A stretch of DNA of 64,000 bases from Candidatus Parcubacteria bacterium. GTDB taxonomy: Bacteria > Patescibacteriota > Minisyncoccia > UBA6257 > HR35. Position numbers and translations under genes: made by a program. Where the stretch lies: assembly GCA_025999335.1 (NCBI GenBank), contig AP024681.1, positions 523,547-587,546 on the forward strand. The letters are read 5' to 3'. The notes beneath the pieces are model-generated. The model had not been told where the DNA came from. It was given only the letters and a program-made list of their open reading frames with translations, and did not search any database. This document shows positions 25,102 to 33,980 of the stretch, piece by piece. Positions within the stretch are counted from its first letter, which is position 1. The number at the start of each line of letters is the position of its first letter.

Positions 25102-27777
25102 ATGAATTTTCATAGTTTATCAATCGAAGAAGCAATAAATAATTTAGAAAGTCATATAAAAGGTTTATCTTCCGAGGAAGCCGAGAAAAGATTAAAAAAA
25201 TTTGGTTTTAACATTTTGCCTGAAGAAAAAGAAGAATCTTATATATTTATATTTATAAAACAATTTAAAAATATTTTTAACATTGTTTTGGGATTAGTTT
25301 TAGTAATTTCTTTGTATCTTGGCAAAAATAACGATGCTTTAGTTGTTGCTGTTATAATGTTGATTAATGCTTTATTAGGTTTTGTATTTGAAATTAGAAC
25401 AAAAAATGCTTTGACTAAACTGCGGGCTTTATTTAGGCCCATGGCAAAAGTTTTTCGTGATCATGAATTGATTGAATTAGATGCTGCTTTTTTAGTTCCA
25501 GGTGACATTATTTTAGTTGAAGAAGGAGATTATTTGCCTGCAGATGTGAGATTTATAGAAGTTGATAGTTTAAAAATTGACGAGTCTACTTTAACGGGAG
25601 AATCTTTGCCAGTAGAAAAAAATATTGATAAGTTGCCAGAGGATACTAATATTGCCGATCAAAATAATATCGGTTTTATGGGAACTTATACGCTTGAAGG
25701 CAAAGGAAGGGGAATTGTTTTTAGAACCGGCGTTAATACTTATATAGGTACTATTTACGAGAAATATAAAGCTATCGAAGTACTTTCGCCTCATTTTCAA
25801 AAGTTATTTAGAGATTTGATATTAAAAATGATTTTAATTGCAGCTGCTTCGGGATTACTATTAATTTATTTTACTTTACGCAATCATTATACCTTTATTG
25901 ATTCTCTTGTTTTTATGTTAGCTGCTTTTGTTTCGGCAGTTCCCGAAGGTTTACCGGTGATAATTAGTGTTTTACTTGTTTTAAGCGCCTATAATTTGTA
26001 TAAAAAAAATGTTTTAGTAAAAAATTTACAGGCAACAGAAAACTTTTCAGTTATAAATTTACTTCTTTCTGATAAAACCGGTACTCTGACTAAAAATGTA
26101 ATGACGATACGAAAAATTTATGCAGATAACAAAGAAATAGAGGTTACTGGAGATGGTTATGATATGAAAGGTGACTTTATGATTGCTGATAAATATTTTG
26201 ATGTTTTAAATAATCAGGTTATGAAAAAACTTTTTGAAGCGATAGCTACGCTTGTTGAAGGTGAAATTATTAAAGATCATTCAGCGATTTTTAAAGGTAA
26301 TGCTCGTGACATAGCTTTATTAATTTTATTGGAGAAAGCTCGTCTTAAAAAGGAATTGCTTTTGGAAGATGTAACAATTACTAATAAAGAACCTTTTTCA
26401 CGAAGTAGTAAATTAAAATCAGTCACTATAAACAATAAAGGTGAGATTATTAATTATTATATAGGAGCGTTTGAAAATATTTTGCATCAAAGTCAAAAAG
26501 TGTTTACTTCTGAAGGTATTGTCGATTTTAATAACAAGGAGGCAATTTTGAATAAAGCTTTAGAGTATACTAATAAAGGTTTTTCTGTTTTAGGCATTAG
26601 TTTTAAAAACGAGGGTGCTGATCAACCTGTTGTATTTATTGGTTTATTAGCTTTTTATGATCCTCCCAAAGAAGAAGTTAAAGATGTTTTGCTTAAATTA
26701 AAAAGAGCGGGCATTGATGTGCGTATTTTAACCGGTGATCATAAAAACACAGCTATTGCTATAGCAAAAGAAATAGGTTTTGAAAATTGCAATGCTTTGA
26801 ATAACGAAGAAGTAGAACAATTATTGAACCATCCTGATAGTATAAATGATAAAAGAATTGTGCAACAGATGTTAGATACATATATTTTTGCACGTATTAC
26901 CCCTGAAACAAAAATGACGATTTTAGATTTTTATCAAAAACTGAATTTTTCTGTAGCTTACATAGGTGATGGCGTGAATGATGTTTTATGTCTTAAAAAA
27001 GCTGACATAGGAGTTAGTATGGGAAGTCGCAGCGCTGATATTGCTAAATCAGCTAGCGATATTATTTTAGTTGACGATAATCTGACGAGTTTGTTATCAG
27101 GCGTTGTTGAAGGTAGAAGAATTTTTGATAATTTAAGAAGAGTTGTTTTCTTTCTTATTACTACTAATGTCGCTGAAAGTTTAACGATTATTGGTGCTTT
27201 GTTTTTGGGTTATCCTTTTATTTTAAAACCTACACATATTTTATTTTTGAATTTTGTTACTGATACTTTAGTAGGAACAAGTTTAGCTTTTGAAAAAGGA
27301 TCAGGCAATGAATTAAAGTTACCTCCGCGTAATCCTAAAGAATCAATAATCACCTGGCAATTATTGCCGTTTCTTATTATTATGGCTTCATCGATGATGG
27401 TTTTAGCGATTTATACTTTTGATAGTTTCTATAGGATAACAGGTGACTATAATTTAGACACAGCGCGAACCTATGCTTTTTTAGTAATGAGCTTTACGCA
27501 ATTATATAATGCTATTAATTTACGAAGTTTGCATAACAGTTCACTTAAATTAAGTTTTAGACAAAATAAATATTTATTAACAGGCATAATTCTTTCATCT
27601 TTTTTACAAATTTTTGTTTTATATAATGAAAGATTAAGGAATTTTTTAGGTTTTGATTTTGTGAATATTTTTGATATAGTAATCATAATATTAATGAGTT
27701 CTATTGTTTTAGTTGTTGGCGAGTTATACAAATATACAAGGAAAAAGTTATACAATAGAACCAGCGAGAATAAATAA
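25102..27777 (+). CDS. Cation-transporting P-type ATPase, type II-like (Ca2+/Mg2+)
   Basis: DKTGTLT phosphorylation motif. TGDHKNTAIAIAKEIG and GDGVNDVLCLKKADIGVSMG hinge motifs. Ten predicted TM helices. Confidence 0.85.
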   Translation: MNFHSLSIEEAINNLESHIKGLSSEEAEKRLKKFGFNILPEEKEESYIFIFIKQFKNIFNIVLGLVLVISLYLGKNNDALVVAVIMLINALLGFVFEIRTKNALTKLRALFRPMAKVFRDHELIELDAAFLVPGDIILVEEGDYLPADVRFIEVDSLKIDESTLTGESLPVEKNIDKLPEDTNIADQNNIGFMGTYTLEGKGRGIVFRTGVNTYIGTIYEKYKAIEVLSPHFQKLFRDLILKMILIAAASGLLLIYFTLRNHYTFIDSLVFMLAAFVSAVPEGLPVIISVLLVLSAYNLYKKNVLVKNLQATENFSVINLLLSDKTGTLTKNVMTIRKIYADNKEIEVTGDGYDMKGDFMIADKYFDVLNNQVMKKLFEAIATLVEGEIIKDHSAIFKGNARDIALLILLEKARLKKELLLEDVTITNKEPFSRSSKLKSVTINNKGEIINYYIGAFENILHQSQKVFTSEGIVDFNNKEAILNKALEYTNKGFSVLGISFKNEGADQPVVFIGLLAFYDPPKEEVKDVLLKLKRAGIDVRILTGDHKNTAIAIAKEIGFENCNALNNEEVEQLLNHPDSINDKRIVQQMLDTYIFARITPETKMTILDFYQKLNFSVAYIGDGVNDVLCLKKADIGVSMGSRSADIAKSASDIILVDDNLTSLLSGVVEGRRIFDNLRRVVFFLITTNVAESLTIIGALFLGYPFILKPTHILFLNFVTDTLVGTSLAFEKGSGNELKLPPRNPKESIITWQLLPFLIIMASSMMVLAIYTFDSFYRITGDYNLDTARTYAFLVMSFTQLYNAINLRSLHNSSLKLSFRQNKYLLTGIILSSFLQIFVLYNERLRNFLGFDFVNIFDIVIIILMSSIVLVVGELYKYTRKKLYNRTSENK

Positions 27778-27823
27778 GTTTAGCGGTTTATTTAATTAAA
27801 ATATTAATTAAATATTTTTAATA

Positions 27824-29527
27824 ATGCTTAATAATTTTTTTTTAAAAAAGAAAAACGTTAAATATATTTTTGTTTGTGGCGGAGTTATGTCGGGCGTTGG
27901 TAAGGGAATAGCTACCTCATCTATTGCACGAATATTAGCTTGGCATGGCTATCAAACTACTTGTATCAAAATTGATCCTTATGTTAATGTTGATGCGGGG
28001 ACAATGAATCCGGTTGAACATGGCGAAGTTTTTGTTTTAAAAGATGGCACTGAATGTGATCAAGATATGGGACACTATGAAAGATTTTTAAATAAAGAAT
28101 TGACTAAGGAAAATTATATGACTACTGGCAGTGTTTATTTATCTTTAATCCAAAAAGAAAGAAGTTTATATTTTGATGGCAAGTGCGTTGAGGTTGTGCC
28201 GCATGTACCTCTTGAAGTTATTGATAAAATAAACAAAGCTCAAAAATTATCAAAAGCTGACATTGTTATTACCGAAATAGGTGGAACGATTGGCGAGTAT
28301 CAAAATCTTTTGTTTCTTGAAGCTGTTAGAATTTTAAAATTAAAATATCCCCAAGATGTTCTTTTGATTATGGTTAGCTATCTTCCTTATCAAGGCGAAG
28401 GTATGGAATTAAAAACTAAACCAACTCAATATGCTATTAGAAGTTTAAATTCCGCTGGTTTACAGCCAGATTTTATTTTAGCCCGCGCTATTATACCTCT
28501 TGACGATAATCGTAAGCAAAAAATTGCTTTTAATTGCAATTTAAATCCTGATGATGTTATTTCAGCTCCGGATGAGAATAATATTTATAAAATTCCCTTA
28601 AATTTTGAGAAAGATAAGCTTGGTATTAAAATTCTGTCTAAACTTAAGTTACGTCCTAAACGATCGCTTGCAAATGGTAGATCATTGTGGATTAAAAGAT
28701 TAGAGCAGATTAGACGAGCTACGAAAGAGATAAAAATTGGTATTGTTGGTAAATATTTTAAAACAGGCGATTTTGTTCTTTCTGATTCTTATATTTCAGT
28801 AATCGAGGCTATTAAGCATGCTAGTTGGTTTTTAGGTTATTTACCAAAAATTGATTGGTTAAATGCAGACGAGTTTGAAATAAATTCATCTAATTTATCG
28901 ATTTTAAAAAATTATCACGGTATTATTATCCCTGGTGGTTTTGGTAGTCGTGGCGTTGAAGGGAAGATTATGGCAATTAAATATTGTCGTCAAAATAAAA
29001 TTCCTTGTTTTGGTTTATGTTATGGTTTGCAGTTGATGATTGTTGAATTTGCTCGTAATATTTGTGGTTTGAAGGGTGCACACACAACCGAAGTTAATCC
29101 AAAAACAAAATATCCTGTTGTTGATATTTTAGAGGAACAAAAGAAATTGTTGAAGGAAAAACTTTATGGAGGTACTATGAGATTAGGAGATTGGGAATGC
29201 CAAATTAAAAAAGGGACAATTGCTTATGAAGCTTATAAAAAGATCTATGTTAATCAGCGTAAGCAACCTGCATTCATTAGTGTTCTTGAAAGACATCGTC
29301 ATCGTTATGAAATCAATCCTAAATATCATAAAATCTTACAAAAATACGGTTTTGTTTTTTCGGGTACGTCGCAAAAAGGTATTTTAGTGGAGATTGGTGA
29401 ACTTCCTCAAAAAATTCATCCTTTCTTTCTCGGTACTCAATTTCATCCTGAATTTAAGTCAAGATTTCTTCATCCTCATCCTTTATTTGTTGAATTTATC
29501 AGAGCTTCTAGTTTAAATGCAGCTTAA
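27824..29527 (+). CDS. pyrG: CTP synthase
   Basis: N-terminal synthetase domain (GGVMSGVGKGI). C-terminal class-I glutamine amidotransferase domain (GLCYGLQ). Confidence 0.9.
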   Translation: MLNNFFLKKKNVKYIFVCGGVMSGVGKGIATSSIARILAWHGYQTTCIKIDPYVNVDAGTMNPVEHGEVFVLKDGTECDQDMGHYERFLNKELTKENYMTTGSVYLSLIQKERSLYFDGKCVEVVPHVPLEVIDKINKAQKLSKADIVITEIGGTIGEYQNLLFLEAVRILKLKYPQDVLLIMVSYLPYQGEGMELKTKPTQYAIRSLNSAGLQPDFILARAIIPLDDNRKQKIAFNCNLNPDDVISAPDENNIYKIPLNFEKDKLGIKILSKLKLRPKRSLANGRSLWIKRLEQIRRATKEIKIGIVGKYFKTGDFVLSDSYISVIEAIKHASWFLGYLPKIDWLNADEFEINSSNLSILKNYHGIIIPGGFGSRGVEGKIMAIKYCRQNKIPCFGLCYGLQLMIVEFARNICGLKGAHTTEVNPKTKYPVVDILEEQKKLLKEKLYGGTMRLGDWECQIKKGTIAYEAYKKIYVNQRKQPAFISVLERHRHRYEINPKYHKILQKYGFVFSGTSQKGILVEIGELPQKIHPFFLGTQFHPEFKSRFLHPHPLFVEFIRASSLNAA

Positions 29528-29572
29528 TCTACATCGACGTACGCAAACTCAAACACACCATACCTTTTGAAA

Positions 29573-29604
29573 ACATTCCAACATTCTTAAGAATGTTGGA
29601 ATGT
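29573..29604. repeat. 32-nt perfect palindrome, copy 3. Probable bidirectional terminator between convergent genes.
   Basis: Identical to 23401-23432. It lies between the pyrG stop (29527) and the stop of the minus-strand gene ending at 29662. Confidence 0.9.
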
Positions 29605-29661
29605 CCTTAAAAATTACTTTTATTTTTTGTTTCTCTTGATTTCTTAAAAAATAAGAATAAA

Positions 29662-30993
29662 TTATCGGATTTTTTCAAATAAAAAAATTAAAGGATCAAT
29701 GTAACCATAATTTTGAGGACTATGAGGAGCATAGCCATAGCATTTAACTTTTTGACCTTTGATATTGCATTTAGCCGGCACTGGCGTTTCTAGTACAGGT
29801 TTAGTTTTAATTTCTAAATGTAAATGAGTATCCAAAGGGGTTTCTTTGTCGCATCCATCTTCTCCAATTCGCCAATAATTACAGCCAAAACCTGTTGCTC
29901 CAACCTTACCTAAAATTTGTCCAGCTTTTATAAAATCTTCTTCTTTAATTTTTGGATTAATTTCAGCCATATGACCATAAAGAGCATATAATTTTTCAGA
30001 TGTGAACTCTTGCGAACCTTCACGCGAACTTTTGCGAAAATCATTTTCAAACGCAAACTCCTGATATCTAGTTCGCACAGGTTCGCGATTATTATAGTTG
30101 TTTGCATCAGTTCGCGTCGCATTATTCTCTGTTTGCATTAGTTCGCGTTCGTTATAATTGTTCGCATTAGTTCGCGTTATTTCCACAATCACCGTATTTC
30201 CTAAGCCATGATCTTTTTCACCGTTTTTTATAATTTTTACAACTTTTCCGTCAGCTATTGAATAAACATTTAAATCTTTAGCTGACGGTAAAGGAGCAAT
30301 GTCAATGCCAGCATGTTGAATATAATCATTTTCTCTATCTTTTGAGTAAGTATAAGTTGTTCTTAAAGGATTGTTAAATTTTTGACGAATGAAGAATTCT
30401 TTAATATTTACTGGCTGATGAAATCCTTCTTTAATTTTAAAATTTTTGAAAGTTAAATAACTAATTACCAAATCTCCTGCTTTAGCAAGCTTGAAAAACT
30501 CTTGAGCATATTTATCTTCTAAACGGATACAACCACCTGTAAAATTTGAATTTACTCGTCTTCCATCGAGGTAATAAGGAATTTCATGGATGAAGAAATC
30601 TTCATACATTTGGACAGCATAATTCATATAAACAGGAAATAATGATGAAAAAAGCTTTTCTTTTTTGACGCCGATTCGAAAATAACCTGCTGGTGTTTGA
30701 TACCATTTTCCATAAGGAGCTTGATAAGCGATAGGAATTGTTTTTTTAAGTTCTCCGTTTTCAAAAAAATAAATTTTATTGTCAGTTAAATCGACTTCAA
30801 AAACCCTGTTTTCATTAATTTTTGGTTGTAAAACTTTATTTGTTTCTGTTAGGATGCTATTTTGGGGATCTCTATTATTAAAATTCAAAATAATTATTTT
30901 TGGTGTTAAGAATGAATCTAAATTATTAGTCGTTATTGCCGTTATATTGAAAATTGCTCCTAGTAATATAAAACTAAAAAATATATTTTGCAT
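29662..30993 (-). CDS. Bifunctional cell-wall enzyme: L,D-transpeptidase (YkuD) domain fused to a C-terminal M23/LytM peptidase domain
   Basis: Signal peptide. YkuD motifs FFIHEIPY...TGGCIRL are present. M23 motifs HAGIDIA, GATGFG and HLHLEI are present. A low-complexity Asn/Thr/Arg-rich repeat insertion (DNA repeats ~30036-30200) sits between the M23 motifs. Confidence 0.7.
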   Translation of the reverse strand: MQNIFFSFILLGAIFNITAITTNNLDSFLTPKIIILNFNNRDPQNSILTETNKVLQPKINENRVFEVDLTDNKIYFFENGELKKTIPIAYQAPYGKWYQTPAGYFRIGVKKEKLFSSLFPVYMNYAVQMYEDFFIHEIPYYLDGRRVNSNFTGGCIRLEDKYAQEFFKLAKAGDLVISYLTFKNFKIKEGFHQPVNIKEFFIRQKFNNPLRTTYTYSKDRENDYIQHAGIDIAPLPSAKDLNVYSIADGKVVKIIKNGEKDHGLGNTVIVEITRTNANNYNERELMQTENNATRTDANNYNNREPVRTRYQEFAFENDFRKSSREGSQEFTSEKLYALYGHMAEINPKIKEEDFIKAGQILGKVGATGFGCNYWRIGEDGCDKETPLDTHLHLEIKTKPVLETPVPAKCNIKGQKVKCYGYAPHSPQNYGYIDPLIFLFEKIR

Positions 30994-31179
30994 TTCTAAT
31001 CTTTATTAGATAATTTTAATTTTATTATTTTTCTTATTATATTATAATTATGTTAGTTTTACTTTGAATTTGTTAATTAGATATTGTATTTAATCAAAAT
31101 AATTTTCGATGTCTTTTATAATTTTGTATAAATTATATAATGTTATATAATAATATTTATAATTAATTTAATATTATAA

Positions 31180-31710
31180 ATGCAAAAAATTGCTTTTATT
31201 ATAGCTAAAAGATATTTTCGAGATGAAGAATTTTTTGTGCCAGCTAGGATGTTAGAAAATGCTGGTTATGAAGTAGTTGTTGTGAGTAATGCTAAGAAAG
31301 GAGAAAGTGCTGTTGGTGCAAATGGCGGTGAGGTTGTTGTTGATTTAGAATTAGAAAATTTAAATCCTGAAAATTTTGATATGGTAGTTTTTGTTGGTGG
31401 TCCAGGAGCTTTGGAAAATTTGGATAATGAAATTAGTTATAAAATTGCCCAAAAAACTGTTGAGTTGAAGAAAAAATTAGCAGCGATTTGCATTGCGCCA
31501 ACGATTTTAGCTAAAGCTGGAGTTTTGAAAGGCAAGAAAGCAACCTGTTGGTCAAGTGAAGAAAACAAAAAACCAATTAAAGTTTTAGAAGAAAATGGCG
31601 CAGAATATACTGGTGAAGATGTTGTTCGCGATGGGGATTTAGTTACTGCCAATGGTCCAGCAGCTGCTGAAAAATTTGGTAAAATATTATTAGAAATATT
31701 GAAAGAATAA
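31180..31710 (+). CDS. DJ-1/PfpI-family protein
   Basis: VVFVGGPGA motif. Nucleophile-elbow Cys in AAICIAPTILAKAG. Confidence 0.75.
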   Translation: MQKIAFIIAKRYFRDEEFFVPARMLENAGYEVVVVSNAKKGESAVGANGGEVVVDLELENLNPENFDMVVFVGGPGALENLDNEISYKIAQKTVELKKKLAAICIAPTILAKAGVLKGKKATCWSSEENKKPIKVLEENGAEYTGEDVVRDGDLVTANGPAAAEKFGKILLEILKE

Positions 31711-31752
31711 AGAAAAGAAAGTTCTCTACAAAATAAAAACAACAATCATTAT

Positions 31753-31805
31753 TCCGGGGTAGTTCAGTGGTACCTGCCTACCGGCAGGCAGGGAACGCGC
31801 GGCTG
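31753..31805 (+). pseudogene. Degenerate 5' half of tRNA-Asn, ending inside the anticodon and carrying a 20-nt palindromic insert in the D-loop
   Basis: tccggggtagttcagtggta + [cctgcctaccggcaggcagg] + gaacgcgcggctg matches nt 1-34 of the intact tRNA-Asn at 32052 apart from the insert. Sequence then diverges (cataat...). Confidence 0.7.
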
Positions 31806-31821
31806 CATAATATAAAATAAA

Positions 31822-32061
31822 ATGAATTATTACGTGTATGTTTTGAGAAGTTTGAAAACAGGAAAACATTATATAGGTATAAGCAAAAATCCAGAGAAGA
31901 GACTAAAAGAGCACAACAAAGGGGATAGTAAATTTACGAAAGGTCATAGACCATGGGTTTTGGTTTATAAAGAGTTTGTTGGTAATAGATTAAAAGCTAG
32001 AGTAAAAGAAAAAGAATTGAAAAGATCATACACAAAACGAAAAAATTTTATTCCGGGGTAG
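31822..32061 (+). CDS. GIY-YIG nuclease-superfamily small protein, 79 aa
   Basis: MNYYVYVLRSLKTGKHYIGISKNPEKRLKEHNKG is the classic GIY-YIG motif (YVY...YIG...R..EH). The stop codon lies inside the first 10 nt of the intact tRNA-Asn. Confidence 0.7.
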   Translation: MNYYVYVLRSLKTGKHYIGISKNPEKRLKEHNKGDSKFTKGHRPWVLVYKEFVGNRLKARVKEKELKRSYTKRKNFIPG

Positions 32062-32123
32062 TTCAGTGGTAGAACGCGCGGCTGTTAACCGCGATGTCGT
32101 AGGTTCGAATCCTACCCCCGGAG
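32052..32123 (+). tRNA. tRNA-Asn(GUU), intact
   Basis: Hand-folded. Acceptor TCCGGGG/CCCCGGA. D-arm GTTC-AGTGGTA-GAAC. Anticodon stem CGCGG/CCGCG with loop CTGTTAA, giving anticodon GTT with A37. T-arm GTAGG-TTCGAAT-CCTAC. Discriminator G. Confidence 0.85.
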
Positions 32124-33710
32124 CAAAGAGGACTGATTTTCGCTTAAATTCTCAAAATCCCTATTAAAATCTTGCTTTTCTTGATTTTTAGCTGGTTCGA
32201 ATACACCCTCTTTCTCTAACTCACCAGGAAGATCCATTATTCGAACCGTAAATATAGGCTCAATCTTTACATTCAGCTTTTTATCCTTTACTATAAATTC
32301 AGAACCTATACACTTTAAAATAGTCCTTTTAGTGGCAATATCTCCGTTAAGATAAGCTTCTTTTATCTTTCCCACGATATTTACATAGTCAATAGCATAA
32401 TCAATCCATCTATCATCTTCATATTCTTGTTCTCTTAACATAGTTTCAATAGCTTGCTTTCTTTTTCTTAGCGGTTCAATATTCCTTTGAAATTCCTCCT
32501 CAGTAATCTCTCCGCTTGATTTCATATTTATTAAGTTATCAATCTGATTAGTTATAGCAGAATACATTCTTTTATAATGACCTAAATTCTTTTCTCTTTC
32601 TTCTTTTCTTTTTCTTTGTTCTTCTTTCAAAGTACTAATAGCCCAGTTATGAATAGCTTCAGGAATGCTAATATTTGATAAAACTTCTAAAATTTCATTT
32701 TCTAACTCCTCCTCTCTTATTGGTTTTTGATGGCAAATTCCAGGATAATTTTTCTTTTTAGCACATTCATAATAAACATATCTCAGAACCCTACCATTTT
32801 TGTTTCTTTTCAATTTTTCATAGCTAGTTAAAACACCACCGCATTCACCACATCTTAATAAGCCTCTAAACATATGAACGATTTTCCTCTTTTTAGGACT
32901 TCCTTTTCTATTTAAAATTTCTTGAACCAATAACCAAGTTTCTTTATCAATAACAGGCTCATAATTTCCTTTATACCAATTACCAGAACCTTTAGGATAT
33001 TCAAACTCACCATAATAATCAGGACATCTTAACATTGCATAAAATTTACTCGGAGATAATCTTTTGCCATATCTATTTGTTAATCCCCACTCATCAACAG
33101 CTATTCTATAAACTTCTTTAGGAGTGTATTGACCACTTGCTAATGTTTCAAATACTTTTCTTATAATATGAAATCTTTCTGGATCAGGAAAATAGTTATG
33201 TTCGCCTTTAGGAGAATATTTGTTATTGAGATAACCCAAAGGAGCTAATCCTGGTTTAAATCCTTTTTCAGCTTTCTTTCTCAGCCCTCTTTTAGTATTA
33301 GTAGCGAGATCTCTAATATACTGGTTAGCCATTCCAGTTTCTACAGCCCATAATAAAGCGTTATCTTCTGGCTTATAAACTCTTTCTGGTGTTCTAATTT
33401 CTTTAATTATTTCTTTTTGTAAAAGCCATTGAATTGTTCCTGAATCAATAGGGTTCCTGCTAAGTCTATCAACTTTCCAACATAAAATAGCATTAGCCTC
33501 TCCTTTTTTAATTTTTTCAATCATTAAGTTAAAAATCTCCCTTCCCGGCTCTTTAGCACTTTTAGCTTCTGTTAAAATATCAACAACTTCTAAACCCTCT
33601 TTTTCTGCTAATTTTTGTAATTCTTCAACCTGAGATTCTAAAGATAAGACCTGTCTATCTTCTGACTCTGAACTTTTTCTAGCATATATAATGTATCTAA
33701 GTTTTCCCAT
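32112..33710 (-). CDS. Large serine recombinase/integrase
   Basis: The N-terminal resolvase catalytic domain has IIYARKSSESEDRQ (catalytic Ser) and VDRLSRN. A recombinase domain and a Cys-rich zinc ribbon (CGECGG...C..C) follow. The 3' end, including the stop, overlaps the last 12 nt of tRNA-Asn. Confidence 0.8.
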   Translation of the reverse strand: MGKLRYIIYARKSSESEDRQVLSLESQVEELQKLAEKEGLEVVDILTEAKSAKEPGREIFNLMIEKIKKGEANAILCWKVDRLSRNPIDSGTIQWLLQKEIIKEIRTPERVYKPEDNALLWAVETGMANQYIRDLATNTKRGLRKKAEKGFKPGLAPLGYLNNKYSPKGEHNYFPDPERFHIIRKVFETLASGQYTPKEVYRIAVDEWGLTNRYGKRLSPSKFYAMLRCPDYYGEFEYPKGSGNWYKGNYEPVIDKETWLLVQEILNRKGSPKKRKIVHMFRGLLRCGECGGVLTSYEKLKRNKNGRVLRYVYYECAKKKNYPGICHQKPIREEELENEILEVLSNISIPEAIHNWAISTLKEEQRKRKEEREKNLGHYKRMYSAITNQIDNLINMKSSGEITEEEFQRNIEPLRKRKQAIETMLREQEYEDDRWIDYAIDYVNIVGKIKEAYLNGDIATKRTILKCIGSEFIVKDKKLNVKIEPIFTVRIMDLPGELEKEGVFEPAKNQEKQDFNRDFENLSENQSSLLRG

Positions 33711-33799
33711 TATTTATGTGAATTATAATAAATTTTTCTTAAAATCGCTAAACTTTATTAAATTAATTTCGCCCATTTTTTCTATGTTTTTTGTATATA

Positions 33800-33960
33800 C
33801 CCCCTCAACGATGTCCCGAAATTCCAGTTACTTAACCTGACCTAACCAGGGGGTTCTTATATAGGACAGGTTAGGTTGAAAAAGGGTATTTAACGATGTC
33901 GGAAAATTCCAACCTGACCTGCCTATATAAACACCCCCTTAGGTAGGTTAGGTTGACAAC
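33800..33960. repeat. Iteron and inverted-repeat cluster in the non-coding gap between integrase and primase genes. Candidate att or ori.
   Basis: aacgatgtcSgAaaattcca occurs twice (33806-33826 and 33891-33911). aacctgacct occurs twice (33834-33843 and 33911-33920). aggttaggttga occurs twice (33868-33879 and 33945-33956). Three ccccct / aggggg runs also occur. Confidence 0.6.
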
Positions 33961-33980
33961 TTTTTCACATAACTAATAGG

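Noticed and set aside
33800-33960. Possible CRISPR array
   Set aside because: The repeats are of three different kinds, irregularly spaced and partly inverted. There is no repeat-spacer periodicity and no cas genes.
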